This document shows positions 1 to 12,700 of a stretch of DNA of 42,012 nt, in pieces. This stretch comes from Octopus sinensis. Taxonomy: Eukaryota. How positions within the stretch are numbered: position 1 is the first letter of the stretch; every line of letters begins with the position of its first letter. Below the pieces are notes generated by a model. That model was not told the DNA's origin. It did not search any database and saw only the letters and a list, made by a program, of their open reading frames with translations. Where the stretch lies: assembly GCF_006345805.1 (NCBI RefSeq), contig NW_021835157.1:1-42012 (forward strand). Direction: 5' to 3'. Both the position numbers and the translations under genes were made by a program.

Positions 1-348
1 AAAAATCTGAAAAGTTTTTTTTATAGGAAGGGAGGTGAATGTAGGTTAGAGAAGATTTCACTTTCATTTTTGACACCTCCAGAGACTTCACTTACATTTT
101 TCTAAGTCACCACAGAAATTATCGGTTTTCTCCAATGGGTGGCCATTAGTTGGAGCGTTTTCCACAAACAGTCAGGTGGTGTCGTCCACGTAACGCACAC
201 ATATATATTAAACCACGTTTTGCATATAAATTATCTGCTACCGTATACCTTATAGCTAGGACTATACAAGTGAGGTAATACACCAAGAGGGCCAATGGAA
301 TCGGCTATTCTTTAGATGGTTGCAGAACCACTAATTTATATTTGCTTA

Positions 349-401
349 ACACACAAAACACACACACACATACATATATGAATATATGTATATGTATATA
401 T

Positions 402-457
<56 letters not shown>

Positions 458-508
458 TCACACACACACACACATACAAAAACATACATATGTACATACA
501 TACATATG
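349..508. repeat. Compound microsatellite (CA)n/(TA)n/(TACA)n
   Basis: Direct: acacac, tatata and tacatacata runs. The ORF at 342-524 is only a translation of this repeat. Confidence 0.97.
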
Positions 509-715
509 TGGAGATTTAGATTGACCCTGCTTGAGATTTGAAACCAAAACCAACGAGCTTATTGTCAAAATGAGCGAGAAATCCTCCACACAACATGATT
601 GGTGAGGACACAGTCAACACCCTAGGACCTGTACTGGTCAAGGAAATGTCAGTCCTTTGTTAAAGTTTACTAACCACAGCCGATAAAACAATTATGTTCT
701 ATCTCTTCCTCTGAT

Positions 716-3700
716 GTGTCAGCTATGACCAAGGAGCAACACCGTCTCTTAGGTGTCAGCTAGGACCAAGGAACAACACCGACTCTTAGGTGTCAGCTAT
801 GACCAAAAAGGAAACACCATCTCTTAGGTGTCAGCTATGACCAAAAAGGAAACACCGTCTCTTAGGTGTCAGCTAGGACCAAGGAGCAACACCGTCTGTT
901 AGGAGTCAGCTATGACCAGGGAGCAACACCATCTCTTATGTGTCAGCTAGGACCAAGGAGCAACACTATCTCTTATGTGTCAGCTATGACCAAAGAGCAA
1001 CACCGTCTCTTAGGTGTCAGCTATGACCAAAGAGCAACACCGTCTCTTAGATGTCAGCTATGACCAAGGAACAACACCGTCTCTTAGGTGTCAGCTAGGA
1101 CCAGGGAGCAACACCGTCTATTATGTGTCAGCTAGGACCAAGGAGCAACACCATCTCTTAGGTGTCAGCTATGACCAAGGAACAACACCGTCTCTTAGGT
1201 GTCAGCTATGACCAAGAAACAACGCCGTCTCTTAGGTATCAGCTATGACCAAGGAACAACACCGTCTCTTAGGTGTTTGCGAGGACCAAGGAGCAACACC
1301 GTCTCTTAGGTGTCAGCTAGGACCAAAAACAACAACCGTCTCTTAGGTGTCAGCTATGACCAAGAAACAACACCGTTTCTTAGGTGTCAGCTATGAGCAA
1401 GGAGCAACACCGTCTCTTAGGTGTCAGCTAGGACCAAAGAGCAACACGTCTCTTATGTGTCAGCTAGACCAAGGAGCAGCACCGTCTCTTATGTGTCAGC
1501 TATGACCAAGGAGCAACACCGTCTCTTAGGTGTCAGCTATGACCAAGGAGCAACACCGTCTCTTAGGTGTCAGCTAGGACAAGGAGCAACACCGTCTCTA
1601 GGTGTCAGCTAGGACCAAGGAGCAACACCGTCTATTATGTGTCAGCTATGACCAAGGAGCAACACCGTCTCTTAGGTGTCAGCTATGACCAAGGAGCAAC
1701 ACCGTCTCTTATGTGTCAGCTATGACCAAGGAACAACACCGTCTCTTAGGTGTTAGCTAGGACCAAGGAGCAACACCGTCTCTTATGTGTCAGCTATGAC
1801 CAAGGAGCAACACCGTCTCTTAGGTGTCAGATAGGACCAAGGAGCAACACCGTCTCTTAGGTGTCAACTAGGACCAAGGAACAACACCGTCTCTTAGGTG
1901 TCAGCTATGATCAAGGAGCAACACCGTCTCTTAGGTGTCAGATAGGACCAAGGAGCAACACCGTCTCTTAGGTGTCAGCTATGACCAAGGAGCAACACCA
2001 TATCTTATGTGTCAGCTATGACCAAGGAGCAACACCGTCTCTTAGGTGTCAGCTAGGACCAAGGAACAACACCCTCTTAGGTGTCAGCTATGACCAAAGG
2101 AAACACCATCTCTTAGGTGTCAGCTATGACCAAAAAGGAAAACCGTCTCATAGGTGTCAGCTAGGACCAAGGAGCAACACCGTCTGTTAGGAGTCAGCTA
2201 TGACCAGGGAGCAACACCATCTCTTATGTGTCAGCTAGGACCAAGGAGCAACACCATCTCTTATGTGTCAGCTATGACCAAAGAGCAACACCGTCTCTTA
2301 GATGTCAGCTATGACCAAGGAACAACACCGTCTCTTAGGTGTCAGCTAGGACCAAGGAGCAACACCGTCTATTATGTGTCAGCTAGGACCAAGGAGCAAC
2401 ACCATCTCTTAGGTGTCAGCTATGACCAAGGAACAACACCGTCTCTTAGGTGTCAGCTATGACCAAGAAACAACGCCGTCTCTTAGGTATCAGCTATGAC
2501 CAAGGAACAACACCGTCTCTTAGGTGTCAGCTATGACCAAGGAAGAACACCGTCTCTTAGGTGTCAGCTATGACCAAGAAACAACGCCGTCTCTTAGGTA
2601 TCAGCTATGACCAAGGAACAACACCGTCTCTTAGGTGTTTGCGAGGACCAAGGAGCAACACCGTCTCTTAGGTGTCAGCTAGGACCAAAGAACAACACCG
2701 TCTCTTAGGTGTCAGCTATGACCAAGGAGCAACACCGTTTCTTAGGTGTCAGCTATGAGCAAGGAGCAACACCGTCTCTTAGGTGTCAGCTAGGACCAAA
2801 GAGCAACACCGTCTCTTATGTGTCAGCTATGACCAAGGAGCAACACCGTCTCTTATGTGTCAGCTATGACCAAGGAGCAACACCGTCTCTTAGGTGTCAG
2901 CTATGACCAAGGATCATGTGTCAGCTATGACAAGGAGCAACACCGTCTCTTATGTGTCAGCTATGACCAAGGAACAACACCGTCTCTTAGGTGTTAGCTA
3001 GGACCAAGGAGCAACACCGTCTCTTATGTGTCAGCTATGACCAAGGAGCAACACCGTCTCTTAGGTGTCAGATAGGACCAAGGAGCAACACCGTCTCTTA
3101 GGTGTCAACTAGGACCAAGGAACAACACCGTCTCTTAGGTGTCAGCTATGATCAAGGAGCAACACCGTCTCTTAGGTGTCAGATAGGACCAAGGAGCAAC
3201 ACCGTCTCTTAGGTGTCAGCTATGACCAAGGAGCAACACCATCTCTTATGTGTCAGCTATGACCAAGGAGCAACACCGTCTCTTAGGTGTCAACTAGGAC
3301 CAAGGAGCAACACCATCTCTTATGTGTCAGCTATGACCAAGGAGCAACACCGTCTCTTAGGTGTCAACTAGGACCAAGGAGCAACACCATCTCTTAGGTG
3401 TCAGCTATGACCAAGGAGCAACACCATCTCTTATGTGTCAGCTATGACCAAGGAGCAACACCATCTCTTAGGTGTCAGCTAGGACCAAGGAGCAACACCG
3501 TCTATTATGTGTCAGCTATGACCAAGGAACAACACCGTCTCTTAGGTGTAGCTAGGACCAAGGAACAACACCGTCTCTTAGGTGTCAACTAGGACCAAGG
3601 AGCAACACCGTCTTAGGTGTCAGATATAGGACCAAGGAGCAACACCGTCTCTAGGTGTCAGATAGGACCAAGGAGCAACACCGTCTCTTAGGTGTCAGCT

Positions 3701-6700
3701 AGCACCAAGGAACAACACCGACTCTTAGGTGTCAGCTATGACCAAAAAGGAAAAACCATCTCTTAGGTGTCAGCTATGACCAAAAGGAAACACCGTCTCT
3801 TAGGTGTCAGCTAGGACCAAGGAGCAACACCGTCTGTTAGGAGTCAGCTATGACCAGGGAGCAACACCATCTCTTATGTGTCAGCTAGGACCAAGGAGCA
3901 ACACCATCTCTTATGTGTCAGCTATGACCAAAGAGCAACACCGTCTCTTAGATGTCAGCTATGACCAAGGAACAACACCGTCTCTTAGGTGTCAGCTAGG
4001 ACCAAGGAGCAACACCGTCTATTATGTGTCAGCTAGGACCAAGGAGCAACACCATCTCTTAGGTGTCAGCTATGACCAAGGAACAACACCGTCTCTTAGG
4101 TGTCAGCTATGACCAAGAAACAACGCCGTCTCTTAGGTATCAGCTATGACCAAGGAACAACACCGTCTCTTAGGTGTTTGCGAGGACCAAGGAGCAACAC
4201 CGTCTCTTAGGTGTCAGCTAGGACCAAAGAACAACACCGTCTCTTATGTGTCAGCTATGACCAAGGAGCAACACCGTCTCTTATGTGTCAGCTATGACCA
4301 AGGAGCAACACCGTCTCTTAGGTGTCAGCTATGACCAAGGAGCAACACCGTCTCTTAGGTGTCAGCTAGGACCAAGGAGCAACACCGTCTCTTAGGTGTC
4401 AGCTAGGACCAAGGAGCAACACCGTCTATTATGTGTCAGCTATGACCAAGGAGCAACACCGTCTCTTAGGTGTCAGCTATGACCAAGGAGCAACACCGTC
4501 TCTTATGTGTCAGCTATGACCAAGGAACAACACCGTCTCTTAGGTGTTAGCTAGGACCAAGGAGCAACACCGTCTCTTATGTGTCAGCTATGACCAAGGA
4601 GCAACACCGTCTCTTAGGTGTCAGATAGGACCAAGGAGCAACACCGTCTCTTAGGTGTCAACTAGACCAAGGAACAACACGTCTCTTAGGTGTCAGCTAT
4701 GAGCAAGGAGCAACACCGTCTCTTAGGTGTCAGATAGGACCAAGGAGCAACACCGTCTCTTAGGTGTCAGCTATGACCAAGGAGCAACACCATCTCTTAT
4801 GTGTCAGCTATGACCAAGGAGCAACACCGTCTCTTAGGTGTCAGCTAGGACCAAGGAACAACACCGACTCTTAGGTGTCAGCTATGACCAAAAAGGAAAC
4901 ACCATCTCTTAGGTGTCAGCTATGACCAAAAAGGAAACACCGTCTCTTAGGTGTCAGCTAGGACCAAGGAGCAACACCGTCTGTTAGGAGTCAGCTATGA
5001 CCAGGGAGCAACACCATCTCTTATGTGTCAGCTAGGACCAAGGAGCAACACCATCTCTTATGTGTCAGCTATGACCAAAGAGCAACACCGTCTCTTAGAT
5101 GTCAGCTATGACCAAGGAACAACACCGTCTCTTAGGTGTCAGCTATGACCAAGGAGCAACACCGTCTATTATGTGTCAGCTAGGACCAAGGAGCAACACC
5201 ATCTCTTAGGTGTCAGCTATGACCAAGGAACAACACCGTCTCTTAGGTGTCAGCTATGACCAAGAAACAACGCCGTCTCTTAGGTATCAGCTATGACCAA
5301 GGAACAACACCGTCTCTTAGGTGTTTGCGAGGACCAAGGAGCAACACCGTCTCTTAGGTGTCAGCTAGGACCAAAGAACAACACCGTCTCTTAGGTGTCA
5401 GCTATGACCAAGGAGCAACACCGTTTCTTAGGTGTCAGGTATGAGCAAGGAGCAACACCGTCTCTTAGGTGTCAGCTAGGACCAAAGAGCAACACCGTCT
5501 CTTATGTGTCAGCTATGACCAAGGAGCAACACCGTCTCTTATGTGTCAGCTATGACCAAGGAGCAACACCGTCTCTTAGGTGTCAGCTATGACCAAGGAG
5601 CATGTGTCAGCTATGACAAGGAGCAACACCGTCTCTTATGTGTCAGCTATGACCAAGGAACAACACCGTCTCTTAGGTGTTAGCTAGGACCAAGGAGCAA
5701 CACCGTCTCTTATGTGTCAGCTATGACCAAGGAGCAACACCGTCTCTTAGGTGTCAGATAGGACCAAGGAGCAACACCGTCTCTAGGTGTCAACTAGGAC
5801 CAAGGAACAACACCGTCTCTTAGGTGTCAGCTATGATCAAGGAGCAACACCGTCTCTTAGGTGTCAGATAGGACCAAGGAGCAACACCGTCTCTTAGGTG
5901 TCAGCTATGACCAAGGAGCAACACCATCTCTTATGTGTCAGCTATGACCAAGGAGCAACACCGTCTCTTAGGTGTCAACTAGGACCAAGGAGCAACACCA
6001 TCTCTTATGTGTCAGCTATGACCAAGGAGCAACACCGTCTCTTAGGTGTCAACTAGGACCAAGGAGCAACACCATCTCTTAGGTGTCAGCTAGGACCAAG
6101 GAGCAACACCATCTCTTATGTGTCAGCTACGACCAAGGAGCAACACCATCTCTTAGGTGTCAGCTAGGACCAAGGAGCAACACCGTCTATTATGTGTCAG
6201 CTATGACCAAGGAACAACACCGTCTCTTAGGTGTTAGCTAGGACCAAGGAACAACACCGTCTCTTAGGTGTCAACTAGGACCAAGGAGCAACACCGTCTC
6301 TTAGGTGTCAGATAGGACCAAGGAGCAACACCGTCTCTTAGGTGTCAGATAGGACCAAGGAGCAACACCGTCTCTTAGGTGTCAGCTAGGACCAAGGAAC
6401 AACACCGACTCTTAGGTGTCAGCTATGACCAAAAAGGAAACACCATCTCTTAGGTGTCAGCTATGACCAAAAAGGAAACACCGTCTCTTAGGTGTCAGCT
6501 AGGACCAAGGAGCAACACCGTCTGTTAGGAGTCAGCTATGACCAGGGAGCAACACCATCTCTTATGTGTCAGCTAGGACCAAGGAGCAACACCATCTCTT
6601 AGGTGTCAGCTATGACCAAGAGCAACACCGTCTCTTAGATGTCAGCTATGACCAAGGAACACAACACCGTCTCTTAGGTGTCAGCTAGGACCAAGGAGCA

Positions 6701-9700
6701 ACACCGTCTATTATGTGTCAGCTAGGACCAAGGAGCAACACCATCTCTTAGGTGTCAGCTATGACCAAGGAACAACACCATCTCTTAGGTGTCAGCTATG
6801 ACCAAGAAACAACGCCGTCTCTTAGGTATCAGCTATGACCAAGGAACAACACCGTCTCTTAGGTGTCAGCTAGGACCAAGGAGCAACACCGTCTATTATG
6901 TGTCAGCTATGACCAAAAAGGAAACACCATCTCTTAGGTGTCAGCTATGACCAAAAAGGAAACACCGTCTCTTAGGTGTTTGCGAGGACCAAGGAGCAAC
7001 ACCGTCTCTTAGGTGTCAGCTAGGACCAAAGAACAACACCGTCTCTTATGTGTCAGCTATGACCAAGGAGCAACACCGTCTCTTATGTGTCAGCTATGAC
7101 CAAGGAGCAACACCGTCTCTTAGGTGTCAGCTATGACCAAGGAGCAACACCGTCTCTTAGGTGTCAGCTAGGACCAAGGAGCAACACCGTCTCTTAGGTG
7201 TCAGCTAGGACCAAGGAGCAACACCGTCTATTATGTGTCAGCTATGACCAAGGAGCAACACCGTCTCTTAGGTGTCAGCTATGACCAAGGAGCAACACCG
7301 TCTCTTAGGTGTCAGCTATGACCAAGGAACAACACCGTCTCTTAGGTGTTAGCTAGGACCAAGGAGCAACACCGTCTCTTATGTGTCAGCTATGACCAAG
7401 GAGCAACACCGTCTCTTAGGTGTCAGATAGGACCAAGGAGCAACACCGTCTCTTAGGTGTCAACTAGGACCAAGGAACAACACCGTCTCTTAGGTGTCAG
7501 CTATGAGCAAGGAGCAACACCGTCTCTTAGGTGTCAGATAGGACCAAGGAGCAACACCGTCTCTTAGGTGTCAGCTATGACCAAGGAGCAACACCATCTC
7601 TTATGTGTCAGCTATGACCAAGGAGCAACACCGTCTCTTAGGTGTCAGCTAGGACCAAGGAACAACACCGACTCTTAGGTGTCAGCTATGACCAAAAAGG
7701 AAACACCATCTCTTAGGTGTCAGCTATGACCAAAAAGGAAACACCGTCTCTTAGGTGTCAGCTAGGACCAAGGAGCACAACACGTCTGTTAGGAGTCAGC
7801 TATGACCAGGGAGCAACACCATCTCTTATGTGTCAGCTAGGACCAAGGAGCAACACCATCTCTTATGTGTCAGCTATGACCAAAGAGCAACACCGTCTCT
7901 AGATGTCAGCTATGACCAAGGAGCAACACCGTCTCTAGGTGTCAGCTAGGACCAAGGAGCAACACCGTCTATTATGTGTCAGCTAGGACCAAGGAGCAAC
8001 ACCATCTCTTAGGTGTCAGCTATGACCAAGGAACAACACCGTCTCTTAGGTGTCAGCTATGACCAAGAAACAACACCGTCTCTTAGGGATCAGCTATGAC
8101 CAAGGCACAAACCGTCTCTTAGGTGTTTGCGAGGACCAAGGAGCAACACCGTCTCTTAGGTTTAGCTAGGACAAAGAACAACACCGTCTCTTAGGTGTCA
8201 GCTATGACCAAGGAGCAACACCGTTTCTTAGGTGTCAGTATGAGCAGGAGCAACACCGTCTCTTAGGTGTCAGCTAGGACCAAAGAGCAACACGTCTCTT
8301 ATGTGTCAGCTATGACCAAGGAGCAACACCGTCTCTTATGTGTCAGCTATGACCAAGGAGCAACACCGTCTCTTAGGTGTCAGCTATGACCAAGGAGCAG
8401 TGTCAGCTATGACAAGGAGCAACACCGTCTCTTATGTGTCATCTATGACCAAGGAACAACACCGTCTCTTAGGTGTTAGCTAGGACCAAGGAGCAACACC
8501 GTCTCTTATGTGTCAGCTATGACCAAGGAGCAACACCGTCTCTTAGGTGTAAGATAGGACCAAGGAGCAAACACCGTCTTAGGTGTCAAACTAGGACCAA
8601 GGAACAACACCGTCTCTTAGGTGTCAGCTATGATCAAGGAGCAACACCGTCTGTTAGGTGTCAGATAGGACAAGGAGCAACACCGTCTCTTAGGTGTCAG
8701 CTATGACCAAGGAGAAACACCATCTCTTATGTGTCAGCTATGACCAAGGAGCAACACCGTCTCTTAGGTGTCAACTAGGACCAAGGAGCAACACCATCTC
8801 TTATGTGTCAGCTATGACCAAGGAGCAACACCGTCTCTTAGGTGTCAACTAGGACCAAGGAGCAACACCATCTCTTAGGTGTCAGCTATGACCAAGGAGC
8901 AACACCATCTCTTATGTGTCAGCTATGACCAAGGAGCAACACCGTCTCTTAGGTGTCAGCTAGGACCAAGGAGCAACACCGTCTCTTAGGTGTTAGCTAG
9001 GACCAAGGAACAACACCGTCTCTTAGGTGTCAACTAGACCAAGGAGCAACACCGTCTTAGGTGTCAGATCTAGGACCAAGGAGCAACAACGTCTTTAGGT
9101 GTCAGATGGACCAAGGAGCAACACCGTCTCTTAGGTGTCAGCTAGGACCAAGGAGCAACACCGACTCTTAGGTGTCAGCTATGACCAAGGACAAACCAAT
9201 CTCTTAGGTGTCAGCTATGACCAAAAGGAAACACCGTCTCTTAGGTGTCAGCTAGGACCAAGGAGCAAAACACCGTCTGTTAGGTGTCAGCTATGACCAA
9301 GGAGCAACACCGTCTCTTATGTGTCAGCTAGGACCAAGGAGCAACACCATCTCTTAGGTGTCAGCTCTGAAGGAGCAAAACCGTCTCTTAGGTGACCACC
9401 AGAACACGTCTAGTTTTGAGCAAACGTCAGGTTAGTCAGTGTCAGCTAGACCAAAGAGCAACACCGTCTCTTAGGTGTGTCTGATCTTACCAATAGCAAG
9501 CTAGTTGTGTCAGCTATGACCAAGGAACAACACCGTCTCTTAGGTGTAGCTAGGACCAAAAGCAGAGCAACACCGTCTATTAGGTGTCAGCTATGACCAA
9601 GGAACAAACACCGTCTCTTAGGTGTCGTAGCTAGGACCAACAAGCAAAGCAGCAGCAGCAGCGATCAACACCGTCTTTATGTCGGTGTCAGCTATGACCA

Positions 9701-12700
9701 TCTCTTAGGGAGAGGAACAAGTGAAAACAAAACACGTCTCTTAGGTGGTTAGAGCGGTGTTTGCGGAGGACCAAGGAGCAACAACCAGCTATGAGAGGCA
9801 ACACCGTCTCTTAGTGTCAGTATGCAAGGAGCACAGCTATTAGGTTGACCTAGGAGCCAAGAAGCAACACCGTCTCTTAGTGTGTCAGCTATGACCAGGC
9901 AAGGAGGACAGGTTCAGAGGAAACAGGAACAAAACACCGTCTCTTAGGTGTCAGCTATAACCAAGGGAGCAACAACAACACCGTTTCTTAGGTGTCAGCT
10001 ATGAGAAGGCAAGAGCAACACCGTCTCTTAGGTGTCAGCTATGACCAAGGAGCAACACCGTCTCTTAGGTGTCAGCTAGGACCAAGGAGCAACACCGTCT
10101 CTTAGGTGTCAGCTAGGACCAAGGAGCAACACCGTCTCTTAGGTGTCAGCTATGACCAAGGAGCAACACCGTCTCTTATGTGTCAGCTATGACCAAGGAA
10201 CAACACCGTCTCTTAGGTGTTAGCTAGGACCAAGGAGCAAACGTCGTCTCTTAGGTGTCAGCTATGACCAAGGAGCAACACCGTCTCTTAGGTGTCAGAT
10301 AGGACCAAGGAGCAACACCGTCTCTTAGGTGTCAACTAGGACCAAGGAACAACACCGTCTCTTAGGTGTCAGCTATGAGCAAGGAGCAACACGTCTCTTA
10401 GGTTCAGATCGGAGGACCAAGGATCAACACCGTCTCTTAGGTGTCAGCTATGACCAAGGAGCAACACCATCTCTTATGTGTCAGCTATGACCAAGGAGCA
10501 ACACCGTCTCTTAGGTGTCAGCTAGGACCAAGGAACAACACCGACTCTTAGGTGTCAGCTATGACCAAGGAGGCAACACCATCTCTTAGGTGTCAGCTAT
10601 GACCAAAAAGGAAACACCGTCTCTTAGGTGTCAGCTAGGACCAAGGAGCAACACCGTCTGTTAGGTGTCAGCTATGACCAGGGAGCAACACCATCTCTTA
10701 GTGTCAGCTAGGACCAAGGAGCAACACCATCTCTTATGTGTCAGCTATGACCAAAGAGCAACACCGTCTCTTAGATGTCAGCTATGACCAAGGAACAACA
10801 CCGTCTCTTAGGTGTCAGCTAGGACCAAGGAGCAACACCGTCTATTATGTGTCAGCTAGGACCAAGGAGCAACACCATCTCTTAGGTGTCAGCTATGACC
10901 AAGGAACAACACCGTCTCTTAGGTGTCAGCTATGACCAAGAAACAACGCCGTCTCTTAGGTATCAGCTATGACCAAGGAACAACACCGTCTCTTAGGTGT
11001 TGCGAGGACCAAGGAGCAACACCGTCTCTTAGGTGTCAGCTAGGACCAAAGACAACACCGTCTCTTAGGTGTCAGCTATGACCAAGGAGCAACACCGTTT
11101 CTTAGGTGTCAGGTATGAGCAAGGAGCAACACGTCTCTTAGGTGTCAGCTAGGACCAAAGAGCAACACCGTCTCTTATGTGTCAGCTATGACCAAGGAGC
11201 AACACCGTCTCTTATGTGTCAGCTATGACCAAGGAGCAACACCGTCTCTTAGGTGTCAGCTATGACCAAGGAGCATGTGTCAGCTATGACAAGGAGCAAC
11301 ACCGTCTCTTATGTGTCAGCTATGACCAAGGAACAACACCGTCTCTTAGGTGTTAGCTAGGACCAAGGAGCAACACCGTCTCTTATGTGTCAGCTATGAC
11401 CAAGGAGCAACACCGTCTCTTAGGTGTCAGATAGGACCAAGGAGCAACACCGTCTCTTAGGTGTCAACTAGGACCAAGGAACAACACCGTCTCTTAGGTG
11501 TCAGCTATGATCAAGGAGCAACACCGTCTCTTAGGTGTCAGATAGGACCAAGGAGCAACACCGTCTCTTAGGTGTCAGCTATGACCAAGGAGCAACACCA
11601 TCTCTTATGTGTCAGCTATGACCAAGGAGCAACACCGTCTCTTAGGTGTCAACTAGGACCAAGGAGCAACACGTCTCTTATGTGTCAGCTATGACCAAGG
11701 AGCAACACCGTCTCTTAGGTGTCAACTAGGACCAAGGAGCAACACCATCTCTTAGGTGTCAGCTAGGACCAAGGAGCAACACCATCTCTTATGTGTCAGC
11801 TATGACCAAGGAGCAACACCATCTCTTAGGTGTCAGCTAGGACCAAAAAGGAAACACCATCTCTTAGGTGTCAGCTGTGACCAAAAAGGAAACACCGTCT
11901 CTTAGGTGTCAGCTATGATCAAGGAGCAACACCGTCTCTTAGGTGTCAGATAGGACCAAGGAGCAACACCGTCTCTTAGGTGTCAGCTATGACCAAGGAG
12001 CAACACCGTCTATTATGTGTCAGCTATGACCAAGGAACAACACCGTCTCTTAGGTGTTAGCTAGGACCAAGGAACAACACCGTCTCTTAGGTGTCACTAG
12101 GACCAAGGAGCAACACCGTCTCTTAGGTGTCAGCTATGACCAAGGAGCAACACCGTCTCTTAGGTGTCAGATAGGACCAAGGAGCAACACCGTCTCTTAG
12201 GTGTCAGCTAGGACCAAGGAACAACACCGACTCTTAGGTGTCAGCTATGACCAAAAAGGAAACACCATCTCTTAGGTGTCAGCTATGACCAAAAAGGAAA
12301 CACCGTCTCTTAGGTGTCAGCTAGGACCAAGGAGCAACACCGTCTGTTAGGAGTCAGCTATGACCAAGGAGCAACACCGTCTCTTATGTGTCAGCTAGGA
12401 CCAAGGAGCAACACCATCTCTTAGGTGTCAGCTATGACCAAAGAGCAACACCGTCTCTTAGGTGTCAGCTATGACCAAAGAGCAACACCGTCTCTTAGGT
12501 GTCAGCTATGACCAAGGAACAACACCGTCTCTTAGGTGTTAGCTAGGACCAAGGAGCAACACCGTCTATTATGTTTCAGCTATGACCAAGGAACAACACC
12601 GTCTCTTAGGTGTCAGCTATGACCAAGAAGCAACGCCGTCTCTTAGGTATCAGCTATGACCAAGGAACAACACCGTCTCTTAGGTGTTGCGATGGACCAA

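Noticed and set aside
800-880. Hammerhead-like words in satellite variants (CTATGA-C...G-GAAAC-ACC-GTC)
   Set aside because: The core lacks the invariant G of CUGANGA, stem I cannot pair, and most monomers have GCAAC rather than GAAAC.
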